Of a stretch of DNA of 44,330 nt, positions 8,473-20,382 are shown piece after piece. The DNA is from Candidatus Enterousia onthequi. Its GTDB lineage: Bacteria; Pseudomonadota; Alphaproteobacteria; Rs-D84. A model generated the notes under the pieces. It had not been told where the DNA came from, did no database searches, and was given only the letters and a program-made list of their open reading frames with translations. Where the stretch lies: assembly GCA_018064365.1 (NCBI GenBank), contig JAGHVJ010000009.1:1-44330 (forward strand). Direction: 5' to 3'. Each line of letters starts with the position of its first letter. The first letter of the stretch is position 1. The translations under genes were made by a program, and so were the position numbers.

Positions 8473-8490
8473 TTCCCGTAACAGCGGAAA
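8473..8490 (-). promoter_or_regulatory. 18-nt hairpin upstream of rplE, identical to the copy upstream of rplR
   Basis: ttcccgtaacagcggaaa on the + strand; exact repeat of 6369-6386. Confidence 0.6.
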
Positions 8491-8499
8491 CGATTAGTT

Positions 8500-8802
8500 T
8501 TATAATTCTGTTCCAGATTTTTTAGAAACACGAACTTTTTTCTCACCTTTTACCACATATCCAACACGGGTTGCTTTCTTTGTTTTTGGATCAACCAAAG
8601 CAACATTAGATACATGTACTGGTGCCTCGCGATCAATAATATGACCGGCTTGTTCCTGTGTTGGTTTAATGTGCCATTTATGACGATTGACACCCTCGAC
8701 AACAACACGCGATTCTGATGGACGCGCCTCTAACACTTTGCCTTTGACGCCTTTGTATTTTCCTGAAATAACTACGACTTCATCGCCTTTCTTAATTTTC
8801 AT
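8500..8802 (-). CDS. rplX: 50S ribosomal protein L24
   Basis: [26 protein letters not shown]. Confidence 0.98.
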   Translation of the reverse strand: MKIKKGDEVVVISGKYKGVKGKVLEARPSESRVVVEGVNRHKWHIKPTQEQAGHIIDREAPVHVSNVALVDPKTKKATRVGYVVKGEKKVRVSKKSGTEL

Positions 8803-8823
8803 TTTTACTGTCCTTTGAATCTA

Positions 8824-9198
8824 TTAAATAACTTCTGGTGCCAAAGACACGATTTTTTGCACATCATATTTACGACGAACTTCACGTGCAATAGGTCCAA
8901 AAATACGTGTTCCAATTGGTTCAAAGTTATTTTTATTAATCAAAACAACCGCATTATCATCAAAACGGATAATAGAACCATCTGGACGTTTCACTGGGAA
9001 TTTTGTTCTAACGATAATAGCGCGTTGAACCGTTCCCTTTTGAACTTTTCCACGTGGAATCGCTTCTTTAATGGCGACAACAATTTTATCACCAACTGTT
9101 GCATAACGACGATGAGAACCGCCCAAAACTTTGATGCACATTGCTTTACGCGCACCAGAGTTATCAGCAACTGTCATAACTGTTTCATTTTGTATCAT
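8824..9198 (-). CDS. rplN: 50S ribosomal protein L14
   Basis: [34 protein letters not shown]; true start at 9198. Confidence 0.98.
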   Translation of the reverse strand: MIQNETVMTVADNSGARKAMCIKVLGGSHRRYATVGDKIVVAIKEAIPRGKVQKGTVQRAIIVRTKFPVKRPDGSIIRFDDNAVVLINKNNFEPIGTRIFGPIAREVRRKYDVQKIVSLAPEVI

Positions 9199-9304
9199 TT
9201 TTTTACCCTTGTTCCTGCACACGGGGCAATCCCCCATGGCTTTGTTAATGGGTCCCGACTGTCCGCACGACCTCAAAGAACCCGACCTTATGACGAACAG
9301 ATAT

Positions 9305-9574
9305 CTAGTCCGCCACTTCCACAGAACCGTCTTTGGACACGCCAACACGACCCTTTACAACCCAAGTTTTTGTCTTGGAAATTGGACGATGTTCTTCGAT
9401 TGCAACAACATCACCAACTTTGTATTCATTGGTCTCGTCATGTGCCTTGTACTTTTTGTTCTGCTTTACAAACTTACCATACAAAGGATGACGGAAACGG
9501 CGTTCCACTTCAACGACAACCGTTTTATCACTCGCTGTACTTTTAACTGTTCCTTGCAGTATACGTTTTGGCAT
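9305..9574 (-). CDS. rpsQ: 30S ribosomal protein S17
   Basis: [30 protein letters not shown]. Confidence 0.98.
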   Translation of the reverse strand: MPKRILQGTVKSTASDKTVVVEVERRFRHPLYGKFVKQNKKYKAHDETNEYKVGDVVAIEEHRPISKTKTWVVKGRVGVSKDGSVEVAD

Positions 9575-9658
9575 AACTGTTATTCCTCTATTTTTTACCT
9601 GTCGATTTTGGTTATGATATACTAAAATTTAGAAAAAACAACCAAAATCAACATTTAT

Positions 9659-9853
9659 TTATTTTTTTGATGCATTAAGTTTTGTTTTGACACGTGCAAT
9701 TTCACGACGAGTCTGACGCAAAACATGTGTTTTTGGCATTTGACCAGCCGCCAATTGGAACCGTTGATTCATTTGCTCTTTTTTCAAATCAACCAATTTG
9801 CTTTCCAAGGCTTCAAGTGTCAAAGATTCTGTTTTTTTGCTTTTTTCTGCCAT
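9659..9853 (-). CDS. rpmC: 50S ribosomal protein L29
   Basis: LKKEQMNQRFQ, RREIARVKT; operon position. Confidence 0.95.
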   Translation of the reverse strand: MAEKSKKTESLTLEALESKLVDLKKEQMNQRFQLAAGQMPKTHVLRQTRREIARVKTKLNASKK

Positions 9854-9869
9854 TTTACTCACCTTTCAA

Positions 9870-10283
9870 TTAGTTGATTTTACGTTCAACGATTTTTGTT
9901 TTGACCGGCAATTTAGCTGCTGCCAACGCAAAGGCCTCTTGTGCGACTTCTGGTTTTACACCATCTAATTCGAACATAATACGACCCGGTTTTACACGGC
10001 AAACCCAATATTCCACAGCACCCTTACCTTTACCCATACGAACTTGGGCTGGTTTAGTTGTAACTGGAACATCTGGGAAAATACGAATCCACAATTTACC
10101 CATACGTCTCATATGACGAGTAATTGCACGACGCGCAGCCTCTATCTGACGTGCAGTAACACGTTCAGGACTCATTGCTTTCAGACCAAACGAACCAAAA
10201 GCCAATTCACTACCGCCCTTGGCGACACCGTGAATACGACCTTTCTGCAGTTTGCGAAATTTTGTTTTATTTGGCATTAACAT
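9870..10283 (-). CDS. rplP: 50S ribosomal protein L16
   Basis: [24 protein letters not shown]. Confidence 0.98.
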   Translation of the reverse strand: MLMPNKTKFRKLQKGRIHGVAKGGSELAFGSFGLKAMSPERVTARQIEAARRAITRHMRRMGKLWIRIFPDVPVTTKPAQVRMGKGKGAVEYWVCRVKPGRIMFELDGVKPEVAQEAFALAAAKLPVKTKIVERKIN

Positions 10284-10309
10284 GATTAAAATCCTTATTT
10301 TTTACGATT

Positions 10310-11011
10310 TTATTTGCTTTTTCTTTCGCTTGTGCCGGCATATTCTGCAGGGCGTGCCATTTCAGAAGCCAACTTTTCTTTATTCACGACATCACCAGTA
10401 TAAATCCAAACTTTTACACCGATAACACCGTATGTTGTTTTTGCTTGAATAGATGCGTAATCAACATCAGCACGCAAAGTATGTAATGGAATACGACCTT
10501 CACGGATTTGTTCACTACGTGCAATTTCTGCACCATTCAAACGACCAGAACACATAACTTTGATACCCATGGCACCAACTTTTTGTGCATTTTGAACCGC
10601 TTTTTTCATTGCGCGTTTAAAAGAAACACGACCTTCGATTTGTTGTGCAATGTTTTGTGCAACCAATTGCGCATTCAAATCAGGACGACGTACTTCATAG
10701 ATATTAACAACAACTTGGTCATTTTTAACCAATTTTTTAATATCATTACGCAATGCTTCAATATCGGCACCATTTTTACCGATAATCATTCCAGGACGAG
10801 ATGTGTGAATTGTCACAACAACTTTTTTAGCAAAACGTTCAATAACAACTTTTGCCAATCCTGCTTTTTTCAATTTTCTTTCAATAAATTTGCGAATTTT
10901 GACATCTTCGGCCAAAAGATTAGCATAATCTTTCTTGCCGGCAATCCAACGAGAGTCTGTGACTTTGTTGATAAATTCGCGTAATGAAATAGGTGATACT
11001 TTCTGTCCCAT
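10310..11011 (-). CDS. rpsC: 30S ribosomal protein S3
   Basis: [39 protein letters not shown]. Confidence 0.98.
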   Translation of the reverse strand: MGQKVSPISLREFINKVTDSRWIAGKKDYANLLAEDVKIRKFIERKLKKAGLAKVVIERFAKKVVVTIHTSRPGMIIGKNGADIEALRNDIKKLVKNDQVVVNIYEVRRPDLNAQLVAQNIAQQIEGRVSFKRAMKKAVQNAQKVGAMGIKVMCSGRLNGAEIARSEQIREGRIPLHTLRADVDYASIQAKTTYGVIGVKVWIYTGDVVNKEKLASEMARPAEYAGTSERKSK

Positions 11012-11098
11012 TTTTTATTTTCCTTACGTTTTTCTCCAAGTGTTCTTGAAACTTTTCAGTTTTATTCAGGGTTTCCCCATACCACTTGTATTTTTCTT

Positions 11099-11494
11099 TT
11101 ATTTAGCCTTTTTAGCTTTTGGTTCTTTTTTTGGCGCATTACCTGATTCCAAAACAATTGTCAAATTAGAAAAAGGTTTCAAAATTGGACGAGCACTGCC
11201 ACGCGGTCCCGCCATAATGCGCTTCATTGTCAGGGCTTTGCCACACCAAATTTCTTTGACGAACAAAGTATCCACTGGCAAATTTTTATTGTGTTCTGCA
11301 TTTGCAATAGCAGACAACAATGTTTTCAAAACTTCATCAGAAACACGTTTCTTAGAAAATTTTAAAATATCTACCGCACGATCCACAGGCAAACCGCGAA
11401 CCATGTCGCAAACCAAATTCAATTTCTGATGGCTGATGCGAATCATTTTATTAAATGCACGCACCTGATTATCTTTGATTCCATATCTTGTCAT
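11099..11494 (-). CDS. rplV: 50S ribosomal protein L22
   Basis: RISHQKLNLV, LLSAIANAEHN; start at ATG 11494 or GTG 11503. Confidence 0.96.
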   Translation of the reverse strand: MTRYGIKDNQVRAFNKMIRISHQKLNLVCDMVRGLPVDRAVDILKFSKKRVSDEVLKTLLSAIANAEHNKNLPVDTLFVKEIWCGKALTMKRIMAGPRGSARPILKPFSNLTIVLESGNAPKKEPKAKKAK

Positions 11495-11516
11495 AACTTT
11501 CACCTTTTAATCAGAA

Positions 11517-11795
11517 TTATTTGGCCGCTGCTTTTTTGTTCGCTGCATGACCTTTGAAAGTACGTGTTGGTGCAAATTCACCCAATTTGTGTCCAATCAT
11601 ATCTTCTACAACAGACACTGGGATAAATTTATTACCATTATGCACATCAAATGTTAAACCAACCATTGGTGGCACGATTGTGCTACCACGGGACCATGTT
11701 TTAATAGGTTTGTGGTCATTTTTCTCATTTGCCGCCGCAATTTTCTTCAAAAGAGACGGATGAATATAAGGACCTTTCCATACTGAACGAGACAT
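11517..11795 (-). CDS. rpsS: 30S ribosomal protein S19
   Basis: [26 protein letters not shown]. Confidence 0.98.
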   Translation of the reverse strand: MSRSVWKGPYIHPSLLKKIAAANEKNDHKPIKTWSRGSTIVPPMVGLTFDVHNGNKFIPVSVVEDMIGHKLGEFAPTRTFKGHAANKKAAAK

Positions 11796-11814
11796 CATTT
11801 ACTCCGTTTTTTTA

Positions 11815-12648
11815 TTATTTTTTCTTCGCCAAATGTCTGCTACGGATAATCATCTTTGCAGTACGTTTATTGCTACGGGTACGATATCCCTTGGCTGGAA
11901 TACCTGTACGTGAAACTGGTTCGTGACCCTTGGAATGTCCGTTACCACCACCCATCGGGTGATCGTTCGGGTTCATTGCCATACCACGAACAGATGGGCG
12001 AATACCCAACCAACGTGCACGACCGGCCTTACCCAAATTCACATTGCGTTGATCAGGGTTAGAAACAGCCCCAACCGTCGCCAAACAATCGGAATGAACT
12101 TTACGCAACTCGCCACTGTTCATTTTAATCTGGGCATAAACACCGTCTTTACCCATCAATTGAGCATAACAACCTGCACTACGGGCCAATTGACCACCTG
12201 CACCTGGTTTCAACTCGACATTATGCACAATTGTACCGATTGGCATATTTTTCAAAGGCATTGCATTACCTGGTTTAATATCTTCACGATTACCAGATAC
12301 AACAACATCACCTGGTTTCAAATCACGTGGTGCCAAAATATAAGAACGAACACCATCTTTGTATTCAATCAAAGCGATAAACGCAGTACGGTTTGGGTCA
12401 TATTCCAAACGAACAACCGTCGCAGGAACATCAACTTTCTTACGTTTGAAATCAATTAAACGATAACTGCGTTTATGACCACCACCTTGGTGCATCACAG
12501 TTACCTGACCAAAATTATTACGACCACCATGAGATTTTAATCCCACTGTCAAAGCCTTTTCTGGTTTACCACGGTACAAATCAGCACGGCTAACCAAAGT
12601 CAAACCACGCGTTCCCGCAGTAACAGGCTTAAAATGTTTCAATGCCAT
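11815..12648 (-). CDS. rplB: 50S ribosomal protein L2
   Basis: [40 protein letters not shown]. Confidence 0.98.
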   Translation of the reverse strand: MALKHFKPVTAGTRGLTLVSRADLYRGKPEKALTVGLKSHGGRNNFGQVTVMHQGGGHKRSYRLIDFKRKKVDVPATVVRLEYDPNRTAFIALIEYKDGVRSYILAPRDLKPGDVVVSGNREDIKPGNAMPLKNMPIGTIVHNVELKPGAGGQLARSAGCYAQLMGKDGVYAQIKMNSGELRKVHSDCLATVGAVSNPDQRNVNLGKAGRARWLGIRPSVRGMAMNPNDHPMGGGNGHSKGHEPVSRTGIPAKGYRTRSNKRTAKMIIRSRHLAKKK

Positions 12649-12711
12649 TTTTCTATCCTTTATTATCTTGGACAATAACACCCATATATTTTGGGTTCTC
12701 TGTCCAAGCGA

Positions 12712-13053
12712 TTATTTACTCTGCGCCTCTACCGACAAATCCAATGTAGCATCTGCTGGTAATGACACATATGCTTTTTTAACATCACGTTGTGTGCCAC
12801 GACTACGTCCACGGAAAGTTTTCACTTTGCCTTTGACAACAACGATATTTACCTTGGTTGGTTTAATACCGTAAATCGCTTGCATTGCACGAACAACATC
12901 TGCCTTGGTTGCAGACATTGCGATTTCAAACACAACGCCGTTGCTTTCAGACATTTTTGCAGATTTTTCTGAAATAATTGGACGAACCAACACATCATAA
13001 ATACCTGCTGTCGCAACGATTTTATTTTCTGAACTAACTTTCTTTTCTGCCAT
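12712..13053 (-). CDS. rplW: 50S ribosomal protein L23
   Basis: RPIISEKS, KGKVK, KKAYVSL. Confidence 0.97.
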   Translation of the reverse strand: MAEKKVSSENKIVATAGIYDVLVRPIISEKSAKMSESNGVVFEIAMSATKADVVRAMQAIYGIKPTKVNIVVVKGKVKTFRGRSRGTQRDVKKAYVSLPADATLDLSVEAQSK

Positions 13054-13068
13054 CTGTTAATCCTTTTA

Positions 13069-13689
13069 TTATGCCAATCTGGCTTCTACGGATTTGACGG
13101 CATCGGCTGTCAAAACCAATTTTTCGTGTTTCAAAATATCCAAAACATTCAAACCAACTGTTGGCAACGCATCAACACCAGCGATGTTCGCCACAGATTT
13201 TTTGAAGTTTTCATCTAATTCTGCTGCACCAACAAACAACACAGAACCCAAATCCAATTTTTTCAATTGTTTTGCCATAGCATTTGTTTTTGCATCTTTT
13301 ACTTTTTCAGAATCAATAATAACCAAATTGCCGTCTTGCAATTTCGAAGACAAAGCCATCTTCAAACCCAATGCACGAATCTTTTTTGGCAGATCAATGT
13401 TGTGATCACGAACAACTGGACCATGCACAACACCACCGCCACGCATATGAACATTGTATTTTTCACCCTGACGAGCATTACCTGTTTTTTTCTGTTTAAA
13501 CGCTTTGCGACCACTACCAGCCACATCAGACACAGTTTTCACTGCGTGTGTTCCTGCACGGGAATTTGCGCGTTGCCATGTAACAACACGATGCAAAATA
13601 TCCGCACGTGGAGAAACACCGAATATACTGTCAGCCAAATCAACTGTGCCAACAGATTTACCATCAAAATTTATAATATCTAATTGCAT
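13069..13689 (-). CDS. rplD: 50S ribosomal protein L4
   Basis: RAGTHAVK, QKKTGNARQG, RGGGVVHGP. Confidence 0.97.
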   Translation of the reverse strand: MQLDIINFDGKSVGTVDLADSIFGVSPRADILHRVVTWQRANSRAGTHAVKTVSDVAGSGRKAFKQKKTGNARQGEKYNVHMRGGGVVHGPVVRDHNIDLPKKIRALGLKMALSSKLQDGNLVIIDSEKVKDAKTNAMAKQLKKLDLGSVLFVGAAELDENFKKSVANIAGVDALPTVGLNVLDILKHEKLVLTADAVKSVEARLA

Positions 13690-13719
13690 TTTTTCCACCT
13701 TACTTTTACTTTGCCTTTA

Positions 13720-14439
13720 TTATTCCGCAACAGTATTTGTTTCGGTTGTCGCGCCAGCTGATTCAACTGTTTTCACAAATGTTGGAACTGGCAATTCAGT
13801 TTGTTCTTTTTTTACAGCATCTGTCACTAAAACAAATGTTCCATTTGCACCTGGGACCGCACCTTCAACGAAAACCAAGTTTTCAGCATTATCCACGCCA
13901 AAGATTTTCAAATTTTGAACAGTCACAGTTTCATTTCCCATTTGTCCAGCCATCTTTTTGCCTTTCAATACACGGCCAGGCCATTCACGCATACCAGTAC
14001 CACCCAGTGAACGATGAGCCTTTAATACACCGTGGGATGCTTCTTTACCGCCAAAGTTATGACGTTTCATTGCACCCTGGAATCCTTTACCTTTGCTGGT
14101 CGCTTGGACATCAACAAATTGTCCGACAACGAAATGAGACGCAGACAATTGTGTCCCAGATGGGATAACACAATCATCAGATACGCGGAATTCAACAACC
14201 TTGCGATATGGTTTCACACCCGCTTTCTCTGCCGCCACAGCCTGAGGTTTTGCAACATGTTTTGCACGTGCCTCGCACACCCCAAGTATGTTTGCAACAT
14301 ATCCATTTTTTTCCATTGTACGATTTCCAATAACTGCACAATCGCCAACAGACAAAACTGTGACTGCATGTGCCACGCCTGAATCATCATACAGACGCGT
14401 CATTCCTATTTTTGTTGTAATTAATCCGCTACGTTTCAT
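13720..14439 (-). CDS. rplC: 50S ribosomal protein L3
   Basis: KIGMT, SKGKGFQGAMKRHNF, GKKMAGQMG, GAVPG. Confidence 0.98.
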   Translation of the reverse strand: MKRSGLITTKIGMTRLYDDSGVAHAVTVLSVGDCAVIGNRTMEKNGYVANILGVCEARAKHVAKPQAVAAEKAGVKPYRKVVEFRVSDDCVIPSGTQLSASHFVVGQFVDVQATSKGKGFQGAMKRHNFGGKEASHGVLKAHRSLGGTGMREWPGRVLKGKKMAGQMGNETVTVQNLKIFGVDNAENLVFVEGAVPGANGTFVLVTDAVKKEQTELPVPTFVKTVESAGATTETNTVAE

Positions 14440-14498
14440 TTTTTTATGCCTTTTTTATTTGTCAGAGGTTAACAAACACACCATTATCAACCTAACAA

Positions 14499-14810
14499 TT
14501 ACAATTTAATTTTTACATCAACGCCAGATGCCAAATCCAACTTCATCAAGGCATCAACTGTCTGAGGGGTTGGATTAACAATATCTACGACCGCTTTATG
14601 ATTGCGGATTTCGAATTGTTCACGCGATTTTTTATCAACGTGCGGAGAGCGATTGACCGTAAATTTCTGAATCAATGTCGGCAAGCGAACAGGCCCTACG
14701 ACATCTGCGCCGGTGCGCTTTGCAGTTTTGACTAATTCGTCAACCGATTCAATTAACACACGGTGATCAAACGCCGTCAATTTAATGCGAATTTTTGATG
14801 TTGGTACCAT
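14499..14810 (-). CDS. rpsJ: 30S ribosomal protein S10
   Basis: [23 protein letters not shown]. Confidence 0.98.
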   Translation of the reverse strand: MVPTSKIRIKLTAFDHRVLIESVDELVKTAKRTGADVVGPVRLPTLIQKFTVNRSPHVDKKSREQFEIRNHKAVVDIVNPTPQTVDALMKLDLASGVDVKIKL

Positions 14811-14904
14811 TTTGTTCGTTTCCCTTATTTTTTGTATTTTCTGTCATACGACAGCGGGGATTTAGTGTATCACAAAATTCCCCACCGTCAAGACATTTGT
14901 TTTA

Positions 14905-16092
14905 TTATTTGTTGATCTTAGATACAACACCTGCGCCAACTGTGCGTCCGCCTTCACGGATAGCAAAGCGACGGCCTTCGTTCATAGCAATAGGAGCAAT
15001 CAATTGCACCGAGATACGAACGTTATCGCCTGGCAAAACCATTTCTTTGCCTTCTGGCAATGTAATTGTACCTGTCACATCAGTTGTGCTGAAGTAGAAT
15101 TGTGGACGATAGTTCGAGAAGAATGGAGTATGACGTCCGCCTTCTTCTTTCTGCAAGATATACACTTCTGCTTCAAAATCTGTATGTGGAGTGATAGAAC
15201 CTGGTTTGCAAATAATTTGACCACGTTCCACATCTTCTTTTTTGGTTCCACGCAACAACAAACCAACGTTATCACCAGCTTCACCTTGATCCAACAATTT
15301 GCGGAACATTTCAACGCCTGTGATAGTTGTTTTTTGTGTTGGACGCAAACCAACGATTTCAGCTTCGTCACCAACTTTCACGATACCAGATTCAATACGG
15401 CCTGTAACCACTGTACCACGACCTGTGATTGAAAATACGTCTTCGATTGGCATCAAGAAAGGTTTATCAACTGGACGTTCTGGCATTGGGATGTATTCAT
15501 CGCACGCTTTCAACAAAGCATCAATAGATTCTTTACCCAAACCATCTGTTTTGTTTTCCAATGCGGAAATAGCAGAACCACGGATAATTGGAGCATTGTC
15601 ACCATCAAAATCATTTGCAGACAACAATTCACGAATTTCCATTTCAACCAATTCCAACAATTCAGGATCGTTTGCCAAATCACATTTGTTCAAATAAACA
15701 ACAATCTTTGGAATACCGACCTGGCGAGCCAACAAAATGTGTTCACGTGTTTGTGGCATTGGACCATCAGTTGCAGCAACGACCAAAATTGCACCGTCCA
15801 TCTGCGCAGCACCAGTAATCATGTTTTTAACATAGTCCGCGTGTCCTGGGCAGTCAACGTGAGCATAGTGACGGCTTGCTGTTTCATATTCCACGTGTGC
15901 GGTATTAATTGTTATACCACGTGCTTTTTCTTCTGGTGCATTATCGATTTGGTCAACACCTTTTTGAGCATCAATACCAACACCATAATAGTGTACAATA
16001 GCAGCAGTCAAAGTTGTTTTACCGTGGTCAACGTGACCAATAGTACCAATATTGACGTGTGGCTTGGATCTTACATATTTTTCTTTTGCCAT
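14905..16092 (-). CDS. tuf: Elongation factor Tu
   Basis: [41 protein letters not shown]. Confidence 0.99.
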   Translation of the reverse strand: MAKEKYVRSKPHVNIGTIGHVDHGKTTLTAAIVHYYGVGIDAQKGVDQIDNAPEEKARGITINTAHVEYETASRHYAHVDCPGHADYVKNMITGAAQMDGAILVVAATDGPMPQTREHILLARQVGIPKIVVYLNKCDLANDPELLELVEMEIRELLSANDFDGDNAPIIRGSAISALENKTDGLGKESIDALLKACDEYIPMPERPVDKPFLMPIEDVFSITGRGTVVTGRIESGIVKVGDEAEIVGLRPTQKTTITGVEMFRKLLDQGEAGDNVGLLLRGTKKEDVERGQIICKPGSITPHTDFEAEVYILQKEEGGRHTPFFSNYRPQFYFSTTDVTGTITLPEGKEMVLPGDNVRISVQLIAPIAMNEGRRFAIREGGRTVGAGVVSKINK

Positions 16093-16193
16093 AGTTTATT
16101 CTCCTTATAGGCTTTTATGCTTGGTTAAACAGATTTTCGAAATCTGGTTTCGACCACAATCATAAACCAGAAATCAAAAATCGCAATCTTTTT

Positions 16194-18275
16194 TTATTTT
16201 GTCATTTTCTTTATGACTTCATCGGCAACATTTTGCGGGACTTCGTCATAGTGCGACAATTCCATATACGGATTTGCACGCCCCTGGGACAAAGAACGCA
16301 GGGTTTTTACGTAACCGAACAAATTCGCCAATGGCACGAACGCAGAAATCATTTGATTACCAAATTGAGTTTCAATTCCGTTGATTTGACCACGACGACT
16401 GTTCAAGTCACCGATAATGTCACCGACGTATTCTTCCGGTGTATTTACCGAAAGTTTCATAATCGGTTCCAATAATTTTGGCGCAGCCTTTTTCATCGCT
16501 TCGCGGAAGCAAGCACGCGCCGCAATTTCAAAGCACAACACATTAGAGTCAACTTCGTGATATTTACCATCAACTAATGTTGCCTTGAAATCCACAGTTG
16601 GATAGCCAATCAAAACACCTGTTTGTTGTGCTATCTTCAAACCCTTTTCAACGCCAGGGATGTATTCTTTTGGAATCGCACCACCGACAATTTTATTTTC
16701 AAATTCGTAACCCTTGCCTGGTTCCAATGGTTCAAATTCAATTTTCACCTGGGCATACTGACCAGAACCACCAGACTGTTTTTTGTGCGTATATTCTTCG
16801 GTCACAGGTTTACGGAATGTTTCACGATACGCAATACGTGGTTCACCCACACTAACATCGACCTTGAATTCACGCAACAATCTGTCAACCAAAATTTCCA
16901 AATGCAATTCACCAACACCAGACAAAATTGTTTGACCAGATTCTTCGTCAACAGACACGCGGAAAGACGGGTCTTCTTTTGCCAAAGCCTGTAAACCCAA
17001 AGACATTTTTTCAATATCAGCCTTGGTTTTTGGTTCCACGGCAATAGAAATAACCGGTTCTGGAATATGGATACTTTCCAAAATAATTGGATTTGATTCA
17101 TCGCATAATGTATCACCAGTGATTGTTTCTTTCATACCAACCAAAGTAATAATATCACCCGCAGACGCTTCTTTGATTTCTTCACGAGTATTCGCATGCA
17201 TCAACAACATACGACCAACACGTTCACGTTTATCACGGGTAGAATTGTAAATATATGAACCAGATTGCAATTTACCAGAATAAATACGGATAAACATCAA
17301 ATTTCCCACAAATGGGTCATTGGCAACCTTAAATGCCAAAGCACTAAATGGTTCTTTTGCGTCCGCATGACGTTCATCAGGTGTTTCGCCGTCTTTCTTG
17401 GTTCCTTTGATTGCAGGAACATCCAACGGAGATGGCAAATAATCAACAATTGCATCCAACAATGGTTGAACACCTTTGTTTTTAAATGCGGTTCCACACA
17501 ACACAGGAACAAAACTCTGAGAAATCACACCTTTGCGCAACAATTTTTTGATTGTATCAACATCTGGAACTTTGCCTTCCATATATTCTTCCATAACCGC
17601 ATCATCTTGGGTCACGGCTTCTTCAATCAATCTATCATGCAATTCTTGAGCCTTGGCTTTCAATTCTTCTGGAATTTCAACAATAACAGGATGAGAACCA
17701 GTTTCATCTTCCCAAATCAAGCCCTTCATTTCCAAGACATCAACAACACCACGGAAATCTGCCTCGGCCCCAATTGGGAAATTCAAAACCAAAGGATTTG
17801 CACCCAAACGTTCACGAATCATATCAACACAGCGGAAGAAATTTCCACCGATACGATCCATCTTGTTGATAAAGCAAATACGTGGAACATTATAACGATC
17901 TGCCTGGCGCCACACTGTTTCCGTTTGTGGTTGCACACCAGACACAGATTCAAACACCGCAACAGCACCATCCAACACGCGCAAAGAACGTTCCACTTCC
18001 ATTGTAAAGTCCACGTGTCCCGGAGTATCAATCAAATTGATACGATGATCGCGCCAAAAACATGTTGTTGCAGCAGAAGTAATTGTAATACCGCGTTCTT
18101 GTTCCTGAACCATCCAGTCCATAGTCGCGGCACCATCGTGCACTTCACCAATTTTATATGTTTTTCCTGTATAGAACAAAATACGTTCTGATGTAGTAGT
18201 TTTACCTGCATCAATATGTGCCATAATTCCTATATTACGGTACATATGTAGCGGAGCGGTTTTTCCAACAGACAT
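16194..18275 (-). CDS. fusA: Elongation factor G
   Basis: [43 protein letters not shown]. Confidence 0.99.
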   Translation of the reverse strand: MSVGKTAPLHMYRNIGIMAHIDAGKTTTSERILFYTGKTYKIGEVHDGAATMDWMVQEQERGITITSAATTCFWRDHRINLIDTPGHVDFTMEVERSLRVLDGAVAVFESVSGVQPQTETVWRQADRYNVPRICFINKMDRIGGNFFRCVDMIRERLGANPLVLNFPIGAEADFRGVVDVLEMKGLIWEDETGSHPVIVEIPEELKAKAQELHDRLIEEAVTQDDAVMEEYMEGKVPDVDTIKKLLRKGVISQSFVPVLCGTAFKNKGVQPLLDAIVDYLPSPLDVPAIKGTKKDGETPDERHADAKEPFSALAFKVANDPFVGNLMFIRIYSGKLQSGSYIYNSTRDKRERVGRMLLMHANTREEIKEASAGDIITLVGMKETITGDTLCDESNPIILESIHIPEPVISIAVEPKTKADIEKMSLGLQALAKEDPSFRVSVDEESGQTILSGVGELHLEILVDRLLREFKVDVSVGEPRIAYRETFRKPVTEEYTHKKQSGGSGQYAQVKIEFEPLEPGKGYEFENKIVGGAIPKEYIPGVEKGLKIAQQTGVLIGYPTVDFKATLVDGKYHEVDSNVLCFEIAARACFREAMKKAAPKLLEPIMKLSVNTPEEYVGDIIGDLNSRRGQINGIETQFGNQMISAFVPLANLFGYVKTLRSLSQGRANPYMELSHYDEVPQNVADEVIKKMTK

Positions 18276-18299
18276 TTAGCTTTCCTTTTCTTGTTAAGA

Positions 18300-18776
18300 T
18301 TACCAACGGAAATGAGCAAACGCTTTATTCGCTTCTGCCATTTTATGTGTATCAATTTTCTTTTTGAACGCGCCGCCTGTACCATTTAACGCATCACGCA
18401 ATTCAGCAAACAAACGCTCTTGCATAGAACGTTCACCACGTTTACGAGCAAACATAATCAACCAACGCAAAGCCAATGTTTGCTGACGATCAGCACGAAC
18501 TTCGACTGGGACTTGGTATGTTGCACCACCAACACGACGACCTTTGACTTCGACAGATGGTTTTAACGCATCCACAGCCTCTAAAAACATGGCTAATTCA
18601 TCTTTACCATCTTTGGCCAAAGTTTTCAATTTATCCAATGCACCATAAACAATGTTTTCAGCAACTTCTTTTTTACCGTCCCACATAACAACATTGATAC
18701 ATTTTGCAACAACCAGATTATTATATTTAGAATCTGGCAAGATTTCACGTTTTGTTGCAGCTTTACGTCTTGACAT
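18300..18776 (-). CDS. rpsG: 30S ribosomal protein S7
   Basis: [26 protein letters not shown]. Confidence 0.99.
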   Translation of the reverse strand: MSRRKAATKREILPDSKYNNLVVAKCINVVMWDGKKEVAENIVYGALDKLKTLAKDGKDELAMFLEAVDALKPSVEVKGRRVGGATYQVPVEVRADRQQTLALRWLIMFARKRGERSMQERLFAELRDALNGTGGAFKKKIDTHKMAEANKAFAHFRW

Positions 18777-18839
18777 ATTTTATTCCTTTTATTTTCTTCA
18801 CCCGTACGGATTACTCACCTGTTTTAAATCACAGATGTA

Positions 18840-19211
18840 TTATTTCTTTGTTTTTGCCCCATATAAAGAGCGACCTTGTTTTCTTGATTCAACACCTTTG
18901 GTATCCAAAACACCACGAATAATGTGATATTTTACACCAGGCAAGTCCTTTACACGACCACCACGAATCATAACCACACTGTGTTCCTGCAAATTATGTC
19001 CTTCGCCAGGAATATACGCAGTAACCTCACGTCCATTTGCCAATTTCACACGGGCAACTTTACGTTGAGCAGAGTTAGGTTTTTTTGGTGTTGTGGTATA
19101 AACACGTGTGCAAACACCACGTTTTTGCGGACTGGCCATCATGTCAGGAGCGGTACTTTTTACCACTTTCTTTTGACGAGGCTTCCGAATCAGTTGATTT
19201 ACTGTTGGCAT
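18840..19211 (-). CDS. rpsL: 30S ribosomal protein S12
   Basis: [26 protein letters not shown]. Confidence 0.99.
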   Translation of the reverse strand: MPTVNQLIRKPRQKKVVKSTAPDMMASPQKRGVCTRVYTTTPKKPNSAQRKVARVKLANGREVTAYIPGEGHNLQEHSVVMIRGGRVKDLPGVKYHIIRGVLDTKGVESRKQGRSLYGAKTKK

Positions 19212-19364
19212 TCAAAATCTCTTTGTTTTTACTTTACTTTTTTGTTTACACAAAACCACCCTATCAAACTTATTCCAAATGCATGCATTTGGTTATAAAT
19301 CTGCGCAAGAGTCCGGTTTTCTGTATATTTTCGCACTTTCCTTGCTTACACGGAAAGCAGACCT

Positions 19365-19393
19365 AGTATAACCCCCATTATCAAAATTGTCAA
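19365..19393 (-). promoter_or_regulatory. Sigma70 promoter of the rpsL superoperon
   Basis: TTGACA-17 nt-TATACT on the minus strand. Confidence 0.75.
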
Positions 19394-19520
19394 GCAAAAT
19401 TCTGTTAAAACCCGCGGTTTTTCGGCTTGCACAAAAACAAAGAGCCGTATTTTCGCCACACACATCAAATACACACCTCAAAAGTGCCACAAACCCAGCA
19501 AAAAAACGTTTTTACAAAAA

Positions 19521-19550
19521 AATATCCCAATCAAACCGATTGGGATATTT
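19521..19550 (-). terminator. Intrinsic terminator of the OMP gene
   Basis: aatatcccaatc-aaacc-gattgggatatt with an A tract on the + strand. Confidence 0.75.
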
Positions 19551-19569
19551 TAACAGTTTCATATAACCA

Positions 19570-20133
19570 TTAGAAATTATATGTAAAGCCGACTTGGAAA
19601 TCGCTTGTATTTGCAACATTGCCAGTATTAGCACCAGCTGTCAATCCCCACTCGTCATTATCAAAATCATAACCTGCATACACACCCAAGAATTTCAAAT
19701 TTGCATACAATGTGAAATCTTCTGTCAGGTCATATGTCAACATAGGTATAACCTCAGCGCTGATGGTTGTGGTTGTTTCTGAATCAACACCTTCCGCCTC
19801 TGGATCTGTTGTCAAGAAACCAACCCCCGCAGCACCCTTTAACAATACTTTGAAATTACCAAACTGCGCAACCTTATAACGTGCAAAACCATAAGCACCA
19901 TAATTATAATCGTTGCCATAATCAGAATCATGATCATAACCAAAATTCACACCCAAACCCAAATCCCAGTTAGAATCATAATTCCAACCAAATTCTGGTG
20001 CAACATCAAAAACAGTATTGTGTTCATCACCAGTAGATATACCAGCATAACCACCAACAAAATGATTTGTTGCAGCATTCGCGCCAGAAACAGCAAACAA
20101 AGCGATTAAAGAAGATAAAGCAATTTTTTTCAT
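19570..20133 (-). CDS. Small outer-membrane beta-barrel protein (OmpA-membrane-like)
   Basis: Signal peptide ...GANA; alternating aromatic/Gly strands; C-terminal VGFTYNF Bam signal. Confidence 0.85.
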   Translation of the reverse strand: MKKIALSSLIALFAVSGANAATNHFVGGYAGISTGDEHNTVFDVAPEFGWNYDSNWDLGLGVNFGYDHDSDYGNDYNYGAYGFARYKVAQFGNFKVLLKGAAGVGFLTTDPEAEGVDSETTTTISAEVIPMLTYDLTEDFTLYANLKFLGVYAGYDFDNDEWGLTAGANTGNVANTSDFQVGFTYNF

Positions 20134-20382
20134 AATTATTCCTTTCCTTTTTGTTAATCTAATAACAGGACTCGTTTCCCTGTTACTAACATTTTACTAT
20201 GTCCAGATTCCCAATGTCAAAAAAAAGAAAATTTGCATACCAATAAATTTTATGTTATAATTCGCCCAGATTTTTCGAAAAAAATTTTATCCCCACAAAC
20301 ACCGCACAAAACCAACATTTATTAAAATTTTTAATAATTTTGTTTTTTCACACAACAAACACAACTGCCGAAATCAAACTTT

